The notes: generated by a model from the letters alone, not told the origin. A stretch of DNA of 55,473 nucleotides, filler included, from Circinaria calcarea (GCA_051942165.1; 2 parts of 2 records of this genome joined end to end with filler, not necessarily neighbours in it), one strand, 5' to 3'; shown: positions 10,501 through 23,700, counted from the whole stretch's first letter. Translations and numbers: made by a program.

Positions 10501-13500
10501 AGCTGGCGTCGAAGGCTCTCCTTGCTGTTCCGAGAACACAACAAAAGCATCGTCGGAAAGACTCGATCGCACCGTGTTTCCGATCTTGGCAACAAGCTCT
10601 TCGCTCAATTTCGGGACCTTGATGATAGCAAGGTCGTAGTCGGCACCTGGCAACGACGATCCAAGTTTCGAGACATCGACGAGATCGAAGGATGTCCGTT
10701 TGTTCATCTCGTAGTTATCCTTTGCATCTATCAAGGATTTGGCATCAAATGAGACATGTGAGTATTGGGTGTAGCTGGAGCGAGTAAGAGCGCTATCGTT
10801 CGAGAACCACAAACTTGTCATGTCATCAGCTACGCAAGATGCTTCCAGTACTTTCACTGCCGGCTTCTTATGTGCGATAAGGTCGATGAGTTGCTGAGTA
10901 CCCCAAGTGCTTTCGTTGTTTGCAAGCGAGTATAGCTGGTCTTGGGAGATGAAGGTGATGTCGGGTCGCCAGATGGTCCGATTATAGATGTGACGATCGT
11001 GCATATCCTTGCCTAAATCGAGCTTGTGGTACCGAAGACCGTCCATCTTGAGTAGGATCTTCCCGCTAGTTGGGTCGAAGACCGAGCAGTCTGAGAAGAA
11101 GCTCTTTGCCTCCTCCGTCCTTCCTCGACCTGTATACTCAGATCTAGCGTGGGAAATACCTTCAGATACGCCAGAAATCTTCGGATAGAGCACCAAGTTA
11201 TCAATCGTGGCAGGAACCAAGACTGCATTGATTGTGGCTCTCTCCCCCGCCCATAGAGAAGGCGTGACGGTTTGGAAACACCCGTCAATTGCCGCAGGAT
11301 GCATTGGGTAAGTTGATTGAGGTGAATGGATAGATTCGGGCTCAACTAGAGAGAGAGAAGACCTGCTCTTCCTCTGCCCGGCAATAGTCTCAATGAAGAG
11401 TTGAGGTTGAAACGCCGGGCCAAACCCATATCCGACTTCAGTCTGGGCCTTGTACCACAAATGAGCAGGGGTTGAGTACCGGAGCGGTGCGAGGTCTTCC
11501 TTTGAAGCAAATATCGGATTTATGTCCTCAATCCGGATCAGTCCCATACAATGCGTCATGAAGTTACCATCGTTCGACGAGGACACCGCAAATTCATACC
11601 ACGTATTCTTAGTCCCAGCCAACTGATTTAGCGAAAGAGTTGTCTTCGCTGCTATGCCCTCTTCGAGGACAAGAGCTTTATCGAATTTGATATTTCGAAG
11701 ACGATACTGCAAGAAATCGGCAGTCTGCGCACCGAGGTTGGCGTCCTGTACTGTACTAGCTTGATACAAAGCCTCCATTGCCATAGAAATATAGCCAGAA
11801 GCAGGGAATACTATGTCTGAACCCATCTTGTGATCTCTTAGCCATGGGAGCCTGTCAAGCAAAATCGTCTTCCTGAAAGCCGGAGCATGCCATGGAGTCG
11901 ACAGTATCTTAGTCCCCAGTAGATCATGCTCAAGAAACTGTCTAAATCTCCAGTCTCTGCTAGCTTGACTCTCATGCCAATATTTGTTGGTATGATTCCA
12001 AACGTAGTTCGGAAGATCTACAATCGTAGATGGCAGAGACAAACTCGAGTCCTGTTCGTTGTTGACTTCTGCAAGAGCAATGGGAGCTCCAGCGATGAAT
12101 AATTTTCCAGCCATGCTGAAGATGGAGTTTATCGAGTCAACACCACGACTCAAGGTAGCACAGTATTGTATTTTGGATCCTTCTGCTCCCATATGCTCTA
12201 TTATCTGTGACGTGGGACCAGCGAGCGCGCCACTAGGGCCAATTTCAATCAAGAAATCAGCTCCATTACGGCCCGATAGCATTCCTCGGCAAGCCTCCTC
12301 AAACCTTACACTAGACACCATGTTAGACTTCCAATAATCAGCATCAGTTGTACCTGAAAGCTTCTGTCCCTGGACGGAGGAGAACATCTCTACGCTGCCG
12401 ACCTTGTCCTTGAAGGGTGTGTAGTTTTGCTCTAGTAGTGCATGGTACTCTTGTCCAATTTCAGACATGAATTTGGAGTGATAACCGAGGTCGACTTCCA
12501 GTAGCCTGGCAAAATGACCATCCTTGACAAGCTTCTCCTTGACTGCCTCGAGTTCGGCAGTCCTACCAGACAAGGTGACGCTCTTGGGGCTATTGTAACA
12601 GCCAATTTGCACCTGGCCTTGAGCCTCGATCAGATAGCCTTGCACGGCATCAGGCCTTAGCCCGACCGCCAGCATGCCTACCTTTCCTTGGCCATCTCTC
12701 TTGATATTCTTCGCGGATTGACCACGGTAGAAGGCAGCTTTGACGGCATCCTCCTCGCTCATATAGCCAGCCGCGCACGCCGCGGCAATCTCACCTGAAC
12801 TGTGGCCGACGACGCTCTGGGGCTCAACGCCCCATTGTCGGAGCACATCGATGAGAACGAGCTGTAACGCTGTGACCAAGGGCTGCGAGAATTCCGGTAG
12901 ACGTAAATGCTCTCCAGTGCGCGCTTCTGTCAGCTCGGCAAGCAATGTCCATGATGGCGGAGTTGGCAGGGACTGAAGAGCGGCGTCGAGTTTTTCCAGT
13001 AGCGGCTTGGCAGACGGGAATGTGTCGACCACAGCTTTTCCCATCTGCGACCACTGAGCACCCTGGCCGGTGAAGACGAAGCCAATGCGAGGCTGTTCAC
13101 CAGACTTTTTACCATGAGTCAGCGTCTTCGCCTCAATCTCGCATCCACGGGCCACAATGTAGCCTCGATGGAAGTGGTGGCTACGCCTGGCAGCCAAGGT
13201 ATAGGCCAGATCCCTCAGCTTCGTCTTCACCTCCAGATTGCTGAGATGCTGGTCTAGTGTATCGACGTATGCCTGAAGCGAGGATGCATCGTTTGCTGAA
13301 AAGACAAGAGTGTATGGTCGACCAGACTCTGTCTCGTCATAGATGTCGTCGTCTTGCGACAAGTATGAAGAGACGTGTGCAGGAGCGTGATCTGGCCGCA
13401 GCATCTTAGTTTCATCGAGGATAATATGGGAGTTGGTTCCACCATATCCGAAAGAGTTGACACTGGCACGACGGAATTCAGAATTTGGCCAAGGAATCGC

Positions 13501-14943
13501 AGTGCGACTGGCTCGGATTCGTAGCTCCTCGAAGTTGATTTTTGGGTTCGGTGTCTCGAAGGTAGGGTTCCCAGGAATGATGCCATTCTCAATGGCAAGT
13601 ATTGCCTTGAACAATCCGCTCAAGCCAGCAGCTGGCTCTGAGTGCCCAAGGTTACTTTTGATTGAGCCAATGATTAGAGGTGCAGATGCCGGGCGGCTAT
13701 CGGAGAAGACGCTCGAGACACCTCCAACCTCTAACGGGTCGCCAGCGGGCGTACCTGTACCGTGGCATTCCAGGTAGGAAGTTGCTCCAAAGTCTTCAAT
13801 GTCGGCATTAGCATAGGCGGCTCTTACCGCTGCTGCTTGTGCAATGGAACTTGGGGCTGCTATGCCGGGTGTTCTACCATCGCTATTTATTGAAGTGCCA
13901 CGTATCACAGCTCTGATAGGGTCCCGGTCTCTTATGGCATCGTCGAGACGCTTTAGGATGACAGCGTTGACTGCTTCAGCCTTGATATATCCGTCTGCTT
14001 TCGCATCGAATGTATGACAACGCCCGGTCGGACTGTGAGCTTGGCCGATTGGACCAGTGTCCATAACATGCTCTGGGCTGAGGTATAGATTGCTTGCCGC
14101 CACGATAGCCGATGAAATTTCTCCTGTTTGCAGATATCTTGCGGCCATATCAACACCGACAAGACTGCCAGAGCATGCGGTATCGACTGTGACACTGAGG
14201 GGGAACGCTTCGTCAGCATTTCAATCCATAGCGGGCAAGTGAGCGCAACTTACCTAGGACCTTTAATATTCAAGAAATGAGATATACGGTTGCTCAGAAT
14301 GGCTCTGCCAATTCCTACTTCAATCGATGGAGGCCTGTCTTCCGGATCCCTACTCTGCATATCGTGATAGTCTTGTGAATCAGCCCAGAACTTTCGGAGC
14401 ATTTTGTGTTTCCTTACCTGAGGCATACGATCCAATAAAACACCCAACAGGCGCTCCGTCTATTGATTCCAAAGACACACCGGCATTTTCAAGTCCTTCA
14501 TAGATGACTTCAAGAAGCTGGCGCTGATTTGGGTCCATGGAAACTGCTTCATCCCTTGAAATTTGGAAGCTGAATACGTTAGTGATTCATCTTACACTAT
14601 GGACGATATGTTGTCAATTATCTTACAATGATGCATCAAATCTCTCGAGCTTTACATCCTCCAGAAACATGCCTCCCGGCGGTCTCATCGTACCCGGCTT
14701 CTTTGAGCCGTCATAGTGCCCTTTTAGATTGAAGCGAGACTCTGGCACGTCGTTGCTGGCAACACCGCCTCTCTCGAGGAAATTCCATAACGCCCGCGGT
14801 GACGTGCAATTTCCGGGAAGACGACACGCCAGTCCAATGATTGCTATGGGCTCCTGGACGAACTTCTCCGGTTTCTTCGCCGTCTCGGAGGACTCTCGCT
14901 GGACCTTACTTGGCCTTCCATTCCCAGCGTGATCGAAAGGCAT
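7532..14943 (-). CDS. Highly reducing iterative type I polyketide synthase KS-AT-DH-(pseudo C-MT)-ER-KR-ACP, 5 exons
   Basis: [93 protein letters not shown]. Three GT-AG introns in the KS and a GC-AG intron at 8360-8406. Confidence 0.96.
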
Positions 14944-15916
14944 TGTTAGCTGTTATGGTATTGGCTGACCACACTTCGTCGAAAAGCCCCCGCAATGCTT
15001 CTTATATTGTCGAAAGCATTTCTGATTTAAACCACAGGCTACAAGTCGCACAGTTTACACACCGGTGATTTTGGGTCTGCGTAGACCCTTATAGAGATTT
15101 GGCTTTCAGCGCTGGTAGATCACCATGATCCTCGTCCTCTGCCTCTAGCCAGGGCGAGAGATTTGAATGTCAATGGCTTAGCAATAAAATAATCTGCACA
15201 GGTACCTACTACCCATCTTCGCTCGACTACTCTATGGCCCTTTTGTTGGCTTACTAGTGTTTGGACCTGTTGTAACAGTATAACAATAGACTTTGTAACT
15301 AGCAGGCCTATAACGCGTCTTGATTACACCCCTTCCAGGCTCCAGGCTCCAGGCCACATAAAGGATGGTCTTTTGCAGCCTCGTCTACTTACTTGGCTCG
15401 TAGGAAGAGCTTATCTTGATTATTTTCAGCAGTTGCTGATAACGATTCGCACAAACACGAGCTTGAGCCTCCAGCCCACGTCCAGTCTGCAGGGATTTCA
15501 TATATACTCCACCATGGCTGACACCCTGCATATCATGAGCCATCAAGGTTTAGAGATAAGCCATGGATCCTTAGGCGTAGGAAGGGGTTGGCCTGCGTAA
15601 GAACGAAGGCAGTATGTTTCGCATCGATAACGCTCGAAGGCGATTGAATGCAATCAGACATGGGAATTGACGCGATGCTACAATGCAAAGGTATTATCAA
15701 TCTTAACCGGACTAAGCTCCGTATCTTTGCATGGTGGAGCTTCAGCTCCCCTAGGTACCGTGGCTAATATGCTTCTTCGTCAAGCTTGTCATTTCTACTC
15801 ATTGACTTCTCAAGCATGCTCTCCACTCTACGGCCTCTTACATTCTTCTCCCAATTTTTCAACACGACATTAGTCCTCCAAACACTCAATCCACCAGACG
15901 TTACTCGATTATCAAG

Positions 15917-16882
15917 ATGCCTTCTGCAATTCATTCTATTTCATATGAGGATGTCGAATTCAAGACCATCGACGGACTCATATTACGAGGCTCGCTGTAT
16001 CCCGCAGCTTCGAGAGGCGCTGCCGTCATCATGACACCGGGATTCAACTGCGTGAAAGAAATGCTCTTACCTGAGGTCGCCGAAAGCTTCCAGCGTGATG
16101 GGTTCACTGTTTTGACGTATGACCCTCGAAGTATTGGACTCAGCGATGGTCTACCACGTAACGAAATCGATCCTATGAAGCAAGTCGAAGATTACTCTGA
16201 TGCTTTGACATTCCTCGCAAAGAATCCGCTGGTCGATCCCTCTCGGATTGCTTTCTGGGGCATGTCTTTCTCGGGCTCTGTCGCAGCCTGCGCTGCAGCC
16301 CTCGACAAGCGTGCCAAGCTCGTTATCATGATCTGTCCATTCGTCAAATTTTACACCGACGAGAAACGCATCAAAGTCCTTGAGAAAGTGATGGCAGACC
16401 GAGTATCCCAATCCAAAGGGAACAAGTCTTTCAGCGTTATTCCGTTCAACTCAAGTGGCGACAATCCTGCTGGTATGGCTTTGGGTGGCGGGCAGGAAGC
16501 TTATGAATTCATGACCAATGTTAAGGAGCGCGGCGCGACCAACTTCGAGAACCGAACGACTATTCAGAGCTACTACAAGATTGCTATGTGGCAACCATGG
16601 GGACTGATGGACTACGTTAATCCGACGCCTGTCATGATGCTTATACCCCAGAACGATAGGATCTCAAGTCCTGAGGATCAGAAGAATGTGTTCGATGGCT
16701 TCAAGGGCCCGAAACATGTATGTTTGGTGCCGAACAAGGGCCATCTCGATGTTCTCAGTGGAGATCGGTTCTACGAGCTCATGAGAGAGCAAGTAGAGTT
16801 CATGGATAAGCACTTTAGGGGGAAATATGAGCCTCGTTGCTGTAGCTTACAAAGGATTGGCATGAACACTTGGGGAGCATAG
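15917..16882 (+). CDS. PKS-partner thiohydrolase/thioesterase (Bref-TH, DcsB, ApmlB, Af380 family), 321 aa
   Basis: N-terminal EDVEFKTIDGLILRG, TPGFNCVKEM, YDPRSIGLSDGLPRNEIDP. Predicted triad S117 (WGMSFSG), D247, H276 (KGHL). Divergently transcribed from the PKS. Confidence 0.9.
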   Translation: MPSAIHSISYEDVEFKTIDGLILRGSLYPAASRGAAVIMTPGFNCVKEMLLPEVAESFQRDGFTVLTYDPRSIGLSDGLPRNEIDPMKQVEDYSDALTFLAKNPLVDPSRIAFWGMSFSGSVAACAAALDKRAKLVIMICPFVKFYTDEKRIKVLEKVMADRVSQSKGNKSFSVIPFNSSGDNPAGMALGGGQEAYEFMTNVKERGATNFENRTTIQSYYKIAMWQPWGLMDYVNPTPVMMLIPQNDRISSPEDQKNVFDGFKGPKHVCLVPNKGHLDVLSGDRFYELMREQVEFMDKHFRGKYEPRCCSLQRIGMNTWGA

Positions 16883-18232
16883 TTGGCGCTACAATTCTAG
16901 ACAATGAGAAATCAATTTGATCGAATCTACCGCGTCTTCCGGACCATGTTTAGATCGCCTCGATATGCCTAAACAGGACTAAGTAGATTTGTAGCCAGCT
17001 GCATATTACAGGGCATGATAGATCAGTTGGCCTAATTTGGACGTATACTACCCTCCATAGTCCCTTCGAACTCGAATAGTACGGCAAGAGGGGCAAACTA
17101 GCTCGAGGCAGCAGCCGCCATCCAAGCCTGCCGCTCGGGGTATATTGTCCCTGGTTGCGCAACGGCGCTATAAGACGCAACGATTTCGGATCCTTACCGG
17201 CTCTCACTTGCTCGATGTCGCAATCTCGCAATAGAGTATGCAGCAAGGAGTAAGCAGTCATCAGTACGCACACCTACTTCAGGTCAGAATATCTTACCCC
17301 AGACTCTTGTTTCGGACCTCGGTCTACGAGATCTAATGCATTCTCGAGCACTCTTCTGCCGGGGATACAGAAGACAGAGAAGCAGTGAGCAGTGAGCAAT
17401 AAGCAGCGAGCAAGAAGTGGTGAGCAGATCGGCAGCGAGCAATAAGCCGCGAGGTATGATTGGAGAGAAGATCAGCAGTACGATAACGGTGTAGTATTGT
17501 GAGGCTCAATAGTAAGCGTGCATGCTGCTGCCGCAAACAGTGTGACTGCTGTCACGGACCGGCCCGGGACTAGGGTGTACATCAGCGGTATCTAGTCTAG
17601 TTCCCGCTACCATCCGGCCGGCGCCAAGTGTTTGTTGATTGTTTAGCTCAAATGCTCGTGCATATCGCTACCTTACGCCCAAGTCAATTGAATCTGTGGA
17701 CTTGAGTCCGGAACCAATGTCCGGAGCGAGATATTCGGGTCCGAAGCATGAGCGTGGCCAGTGGGTATAAAGGTTACTTGCGGTCTGCAACAATAGTGAG
17801 GACCAGTGCTGGCAATAGTTGGATAGTCCAGTCTGACAGTGCAGTCTACAAAACGCAGACCGGACTATAAACTTGGTCTGAGGGGGGAGACTAGATTGTA
17901 GTCTAGTCTGGCGCTAATAGACTGTAGTCTGGACTGCAGTTTACTAAGTAGTTTTGGTAATAGTATAAAAATCGAGAAAGTATGTATAATTCGAATACAA
18001 TTAAACGAAAAATCTTTATCTCCGTCGATTTTCACTAGTTTTCCATCAATCACCTACGCTCCCACCCCGCTACCGCATCTCTACAGAGTCTTATTAGAAT
18101 GCCTGATGCTATTTCTGTTTTAAATGATACTAGTAGTAATTCCCCTTCTTCCTTTGCCTTAGCCAGGTGATCTGTAATCGTCCCAGTCCCTCCGCTGCAT
18201 TTATATTTCTTCTCTTTTAATCGATTGTAACA

Positions 18233-20252
18233 TGGCTGGCAATGCCACCACTTTGTTCCGTCCGGATCGATCCAAGATTTTTCGGGTCCAAGAGGTCCTG
18301 GACGAGAAAACCGCCAGATGGCGGAGCCTTAGGCGCGGGTAGAATCGAGAAATTGGGTCGAAAATAGATTGACTAAGGAGCACAAGATTATTCTGGCCAA
18401 TAAACAGGATCTTCATCGCGAGTCTATTAAACGCAAGGCTGCAATGATTTCTACCTGGATGGAAAAGGGTTCCGATCCTTCAATCAAACGTCGAAAATCT
18501 ACGGCAGAAGAAGACAACTTAGATCCGACAGTACTACGAGAACTTTACGGCCGATATTTAGTGGCGATGAACTTGCCGATCAACCACTGCGAAGCCGAAG
18601 AAACCCGGGTTTGGCTCTAGTATTTACGTCTAGCGGCTAATAATCTTCTGCCTAGATCTCACAACACTATCGCAAAGAACTTACGACAAAGTTTTGATGA
18701 TAAGAAGAGGATTATATAAAAGGCATTATAAAACGTTATTATTAATATATATATATCTTCTAATGCTTGGACAGGCCCCAACAACGAAGTAATTCTTGGA
18801 ATTATTATCTAATTCTTGGAATTACTATCTAATTCTTGGGATTACTATCTAATTCGTAACTGAGCTACTCGGCCTTCAGCGACTTGTTCTAGATCTCAAA
18901 GAGATCCAGGGATCTCATACCGGATCCAATATGGCTGATATTCTTGCCAAATTATTTAAGGAGTACGGAATTGAACGCAAAATCGGCTATTTTATAATGG
19001 ATGGGGCTTCTAATAACAATACTATAATTAACGATGTATTTCAATATTTGGAAAATGAGCACGAGATCAAAAACTGGTGGTTTTTGATATATCGACTCCG
19101 TTATAATGGACATGTTATAAATCTTATTATTCTGGCCTTTCTTTTCGATGCTGAACCTGCTACTACGGACGACAGAGGACGGAGCGTCCATCGAGGTCCC
19201 CCTCCGACAGAGCTCAGCAAGTGGCAAAAACTTAGTCCTATTAGCAAGTTGCATAACATTATTGTATATCTACAATTTAATACTTTACGCCGGCCAGCTT
19301 ATAAAAGGCTGTCCAATGGTTTGACCTTACGAAGAAATAACACGACTCGATGGAATTCTTGGTATAATATGATTGAAAGAGCTCTACGATTACAAGGAGC
19401 AGTATCTGTTTGGATTACTAGCGAAGAAGATTTAATTAATAATCATCTAACTCCCGCTGGTTGGAAGATCCTGGCTGATATCTACAAATTCTTATAACAT
19501 TTTGCCGACTATACGCTTGCTACTGAAGGTTATAACGATCTTATGGACAGTATACTACCGACAATAGATTTCCTTCTTGATCATATAGAAACCTTTGCTG
19601 CTGAGCTGGCCCGGGGCTATTTAAAATACCTGTCAACACCGCATGGAACAAACTTGCCGATTATTACGCTCTAACTGAAGATACAGCCGTCTACGCCTCC
19701 GCAATAGTTTTTCATCCTTCTCAAAAATAACGCTACATCGAAACAACCTGGTGCAAACAACACGAAATTGATAAAGCTAAGGCAAAAGTGTTAGAAATGT
19801 GGGTAAATGACTATAAACCGAAGACTAGTATTATGACTACGATTACGATATAAGTACCAATTGACCGTGCGGACAGCCTTATGGATAGAAAGAGGGAGAA
19901 TGTTTTAATGAAACGGAAAAGAGCAAAACAAAGAAGCTGGCTTCAACTCGATTAACGTCGGCGATATTTGCAACTTTTAATTATGCCGCTCGATATTCTG
20001 TCAGTCCCGGCCATATCCGCGGAAACCGAACGACTCTTCTCTCAAGCCAAGTTAACAATTACTGATTAGCGAACGGCAATGAGCGTTTCTATGCTCTATA
20101 TAATTTAATGTCTCAAATCCTGGAACAAAAGCCCTTTACTAAATAATGAGGTAAGTTATTTTATCCTAATTAGACGATTATTAACGTGTTTATAGTTATT
20201 GAATATGCCGACACCTACTCCTACGGAAGTTGTTGATTTCGATGAAACATGA
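18233..20252 (+). pseudogene. Inactivated hAT transposase (boundaries approximate)
   Basis: Motifs ISSNAWT (catalytic D to N), MDGASNN, RLRYNGHVINL, NTTRWNSWY, and hAT C-terminal DILSVPAISAETERLFSQAKLTITD*R. Many TAA/TAG stops and frameshifts. Confidence 0.88.
18791..18855. repeat. 20-bp tandem triplication AATTCTTGGAATTA(C/T)TATCT inside the transposase
   Basis: Three near-identical adjacent units plus a partial fourth. Confidence 0.9.
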
Positions 20253-21342
20253 GGATAACTGCATAGGAGGATTGTTGGAGCTACCCAGCATAATCAAAGT
20301 TGTATAGACTTGTAAAAGGAGGCCACTTCTGGAACGCTATACGCGCGACAGTGGAGGCTTATAAATTTGGAGATAAACTGTAGTCTGGACCACAGTCTGG
20401 TCTGGAGGGGCCAAACTGGACTGCAGTTTCAATCTCATGCGTACAGACTAGACTGCAGTCCCAGTCTGGAAGAAATGGCCAGACTGGACTGCAGTCTAAA
20501 CCCCTCAGACCAGACTGTCGGACTGTTGCCAGCGCTGGTGAGGACTGAGGAGCACTATAATTACCAGATAGCGACGGTGCTTTCACTACCAGCCTTGTGG
20601 TTGTGTTAACTACTTATATTATAAACCACGAGGGCCATTCAACAACAAAGTCGTCCTTGTAATGAAGAGTGTAGTGCTTTATGTTTGGTAGCACTGGACA
20701 TGAATGAACGTGGTAAAACCTGATATGAAGCTTCTTATAAAAAAAAACACTGGCTCTACTGTGAACTGTGGCTATTCTAAGTTCTATACGCAAGCTATAT
20801 AACCTTCCTAAAGATGAAGGAAGCTCCATCATCGTGATTAGAATCCGTATTGATTTGGAGACCGACGATCTTGAGGCCGTGAAGAAATTGGAACCAAGTA
20901 TGGCATTGCCGCCCGAGACGAGGTGGTCCGCGGCTTTTTATAGATTTTTGGACCACTTTTGCATAAATCGTTTTGGGTTTAATGAATTTGCACTATGTTT
21001 TGGGTTGAGAATGGAGTATATATTCTAGCAAGTGCGCAGCTCTTATTTTTTGTTTTATATGAGATAAAATTTCTGAAAGAAAGCTATACGAGCCCCCAAT
21101 AAAAAGGTTGCTTAAGAAACTAGAAGTTTTAAGGAACTGGATCTCCTAGGAAACTTCATGCTCCTTAATTTAATCTTAATTTCTTAGGAATTAAATCCCG
21201 CGTTGAGAAAAATAAGGAATTGATGGAAACATTCGCAAGCTAACTTCGTTATGTAGATCTTCTTTTCCACTCTCTAGCTATCCCTTTCAACGGTTTCCCT
21301 GTTCTACACAATCCATGTTATATGTCCGAATCCGTCCCACTG

Positions 21343-23348
21343 TCAGAGCTCCCATTCAGATTCTCGCCGCTGACTCGCACGACATAGTCTTCCGTCACTA
21401 GCCACATCCCATACGTCGTGCCCGACCGAAGCACCGGCATAGAACAAATCATTAGGGTCATACTTCTTCTTGATCTTCAGCAGTTCATTATAGTTGGCAC
21501 CAAAGAAATCATTCTTCCAGTTCGGATTATTCACGTCTGCTTCGTTGATATACGCACCAGAACCAGGCGAGATCCTGTCCAGCTGCGGCACGATATCATG
21601 TGTCATCTTATGCTCCGTCTGCACACCTTCCACAGCAGGCTTTCGCTCATCCCAAGGTCCGACGATGTTTAGAAAGACGAGGGTATCGCGCCAGAAGGAT
21701 GGGACGCTGTTGGTCTGAGGCGTGGTGTTAGTACGCTCATATGACAGCTTGCTGGTCACACCGCTGAGAGCCCAGTCAGGATTGTGAGTAGTGATATTTC
21801 GTAGCGCAGCTGTGAGTGCCGAGTTGTTGTTCTGTACCGTCGAATATGGAATGTTGCGTCCGCCGAGGAGCTCGTTCATCGGATAATTCCCATAAGGTAA
21901 GGCGGGCGTGTAGTGAGCATAGTGCTTATAGAAGGAGGATTTGGAAGTGAACTCTTTGCTGTATGTTATATTCGCCGCCATAAGATGTCTGGCGAATGGG
22001 TTTACTGCCGCTTCAACCTCTGCGGCTGTGTGACTAGGCCATGTTATAAAGTTGAGCCAGAAGCTGGTATTACTGAGAAAGTAGACGAGCTCTAGACCCT
22101 CGTTTTCAATGAGTTTCGGAAGTTCCTGGTTGAAAAATCCCACAGCCTCCCAATAATTATCCGCTGAAACGCCAGACGAATTAAAGAGCATCGTGCCGCC
22201 GCCGATAGGACCATCTTTGTGCGCTTTGGTAGTCAGTGAAAGGACGACGCCATATGTGCCACCTCCTCCACCAGCAAGAGCCCAGTACAGGTCCTGGTTC
22301 TCTTCCTGGCTGGCAACGAGATATCTACCGTCAGCTGTTATAACTTCCCACTTGATAGCATTGTCTGCCGCCAATCCGTACTCCCCTGTCAGCGGGCCAT
22401 GGCCGGCACCTTGAGTGTAACCTCCGACAAGGCCAACAGTTGGACAGGACCCGCCAACCACGCGATACCCTTTAACATCAGCAGCCTGATAGGCTTCGTA
22501 GGCCATCACACCAGCACTAAGCTCGACAACACTGCCAGTGTAGCTTTTACTTTTATACTCCGTGAAGGAGATGTCTTTAAGATTGTGCATCCATAGACTT
22601 AATGCGCCTTTACCGGTCGATCGACCCAGGAAGCTATAAGATCGTTAGCCAATTTATTATATAAGATGAATCTTTGACCGCATATAGCCGTAGGGAAAGC
22701 TGTCTTATTATGTGGCTATTCGTGTCCCATACCAAATATTTGGACATTATAGGGGAAGCCTGACTTACTCGTGGCCGGTGTTCTTGATGACCAAGCGAAT
22801 ATTCTGTTCTTGTGCAAATTTGACGCCAGCAGCAACGTCTTCCGCAGACGTCACATTGATGGCAAAGGAAACTATATTCCCAAGCGTACATGGTGCATCG
22901 CGGGCCGTGTATGGACTGCAGGTATCGTTCAACCAATATGGATTCATGATTGACGTGGGATCCTTCCAACTATTGAATAGGTATTAGGTCATCATACGAT
23001 CACTTATATTCTCCGCGTATGAGACAGATTTCGTTCCCACGATTTTAGAATAGAATGGAGGTCATACTGCATGCCTGCCCAGCCCCAGTTTTCCTGAACT
23101 GTCACACATTTCGCTGCATCGTACGAGTCACCGTGGCATACCTGAGCTGGTAGCACTGCTGCTATAAGTTGACCATGCACTGTAGAATTCAGCTCTGCCC
23201 ATACTTTTGAGCTTGGCCAGTTTTTGTCGCCTGGAATATTCTTGCACGATGTACTTCTGTGAGCTTCGTGTAGAATGTCACCGGCTAAGGAGAGACAGAG
23301 CGAAGATAATACACACGCATTTACCATTAAACGGCGGAAGAAGCCCAT
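21343..23348 (-). CDS. FAD-linked oxidoreductase (berberine-bridge-enzyme/VAO-like) with signal peptide, 3 exons
   Basis: Hydrophobic N-terminus, CKNIPGDKNWP, IKNTGH(D)FLGRSTG (His-FAD), GGSCPTVG..GGYTQGAGHG (Cys-FAD), C-terminal GAYINEAD...KKKYDPNDLFY. Confidence 0.92.
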
Positions 23349-23700
23349 GCTGAGTCGTAATGGTTCAAGAAAACTTTCCAGAATATCCAGCCCCAGTTTC
23401 AATCGAAACAACAAACACACATGATCCATCTTTCTCGTACTGGTAATTATTTTAGTTCGGTAAAAGAGGTATCTTGCTGTCACCACTCAGCTCGCTTACC
23501 AGACGCCTTCGCCACGAGATGGTTTCGATCAAGAAGAATTCTATTCCGTTGGCTGCTTAAGAAGAAGGAATATAATTCCAGAGGCTAGAGCATATCAGCC
23601 GTACCTACTCACCAGGCCGCGAGCTAAAAATTACATCGGGCAGTGAGTAAGTCACAATTTCGATCCCAATCTGTCAGATTGGAGTGGAGAAGCTCAACAA

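Larger units (their letters stand above)
17804..20537 (+). mobile_element. hAT-superfamily DNA transposon, RIP-mutated, with 8-bp TSD GTGAGGAC
   Basis: Left end CAGTGCTGGCAATAGT versus reverse complement of right end CAGCGCTGGCAACAGT; the imperfect match extends ~33 bp. GTGAGGAC at 17796-17803 and 20538-20545. Many GACTGCAGTC/CAGTCTGGAC subterminal repeats. Confidence 0.93.

Noticed and set aside
823..14242. Long antisense or alternate-frame ORFs over the hydrolase, P450s and PKS (e.g. 823-1473, 7590-8087)
   Set aside because: Shadow ORFs of GC-rich coding sequence with no motifs of their own.
7532..16882. Calling the cluster the brefeldin A cluster
   Set aside because: The PKS/TH logic is similar, but the gene content differs from what I recall (3 rather than 4 P450s, plus a BBE oxidase and an extra hydrolase), and identity cannot be measured here.
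20768..21240. Short ORF (IRIDLETDDLEAVKKLEP...) and an AT-rich tract with repeated TAAGGAA
   Set aside because: No ATG start or recognisable domain; probably degraded gene/TE debris, too weak to call.
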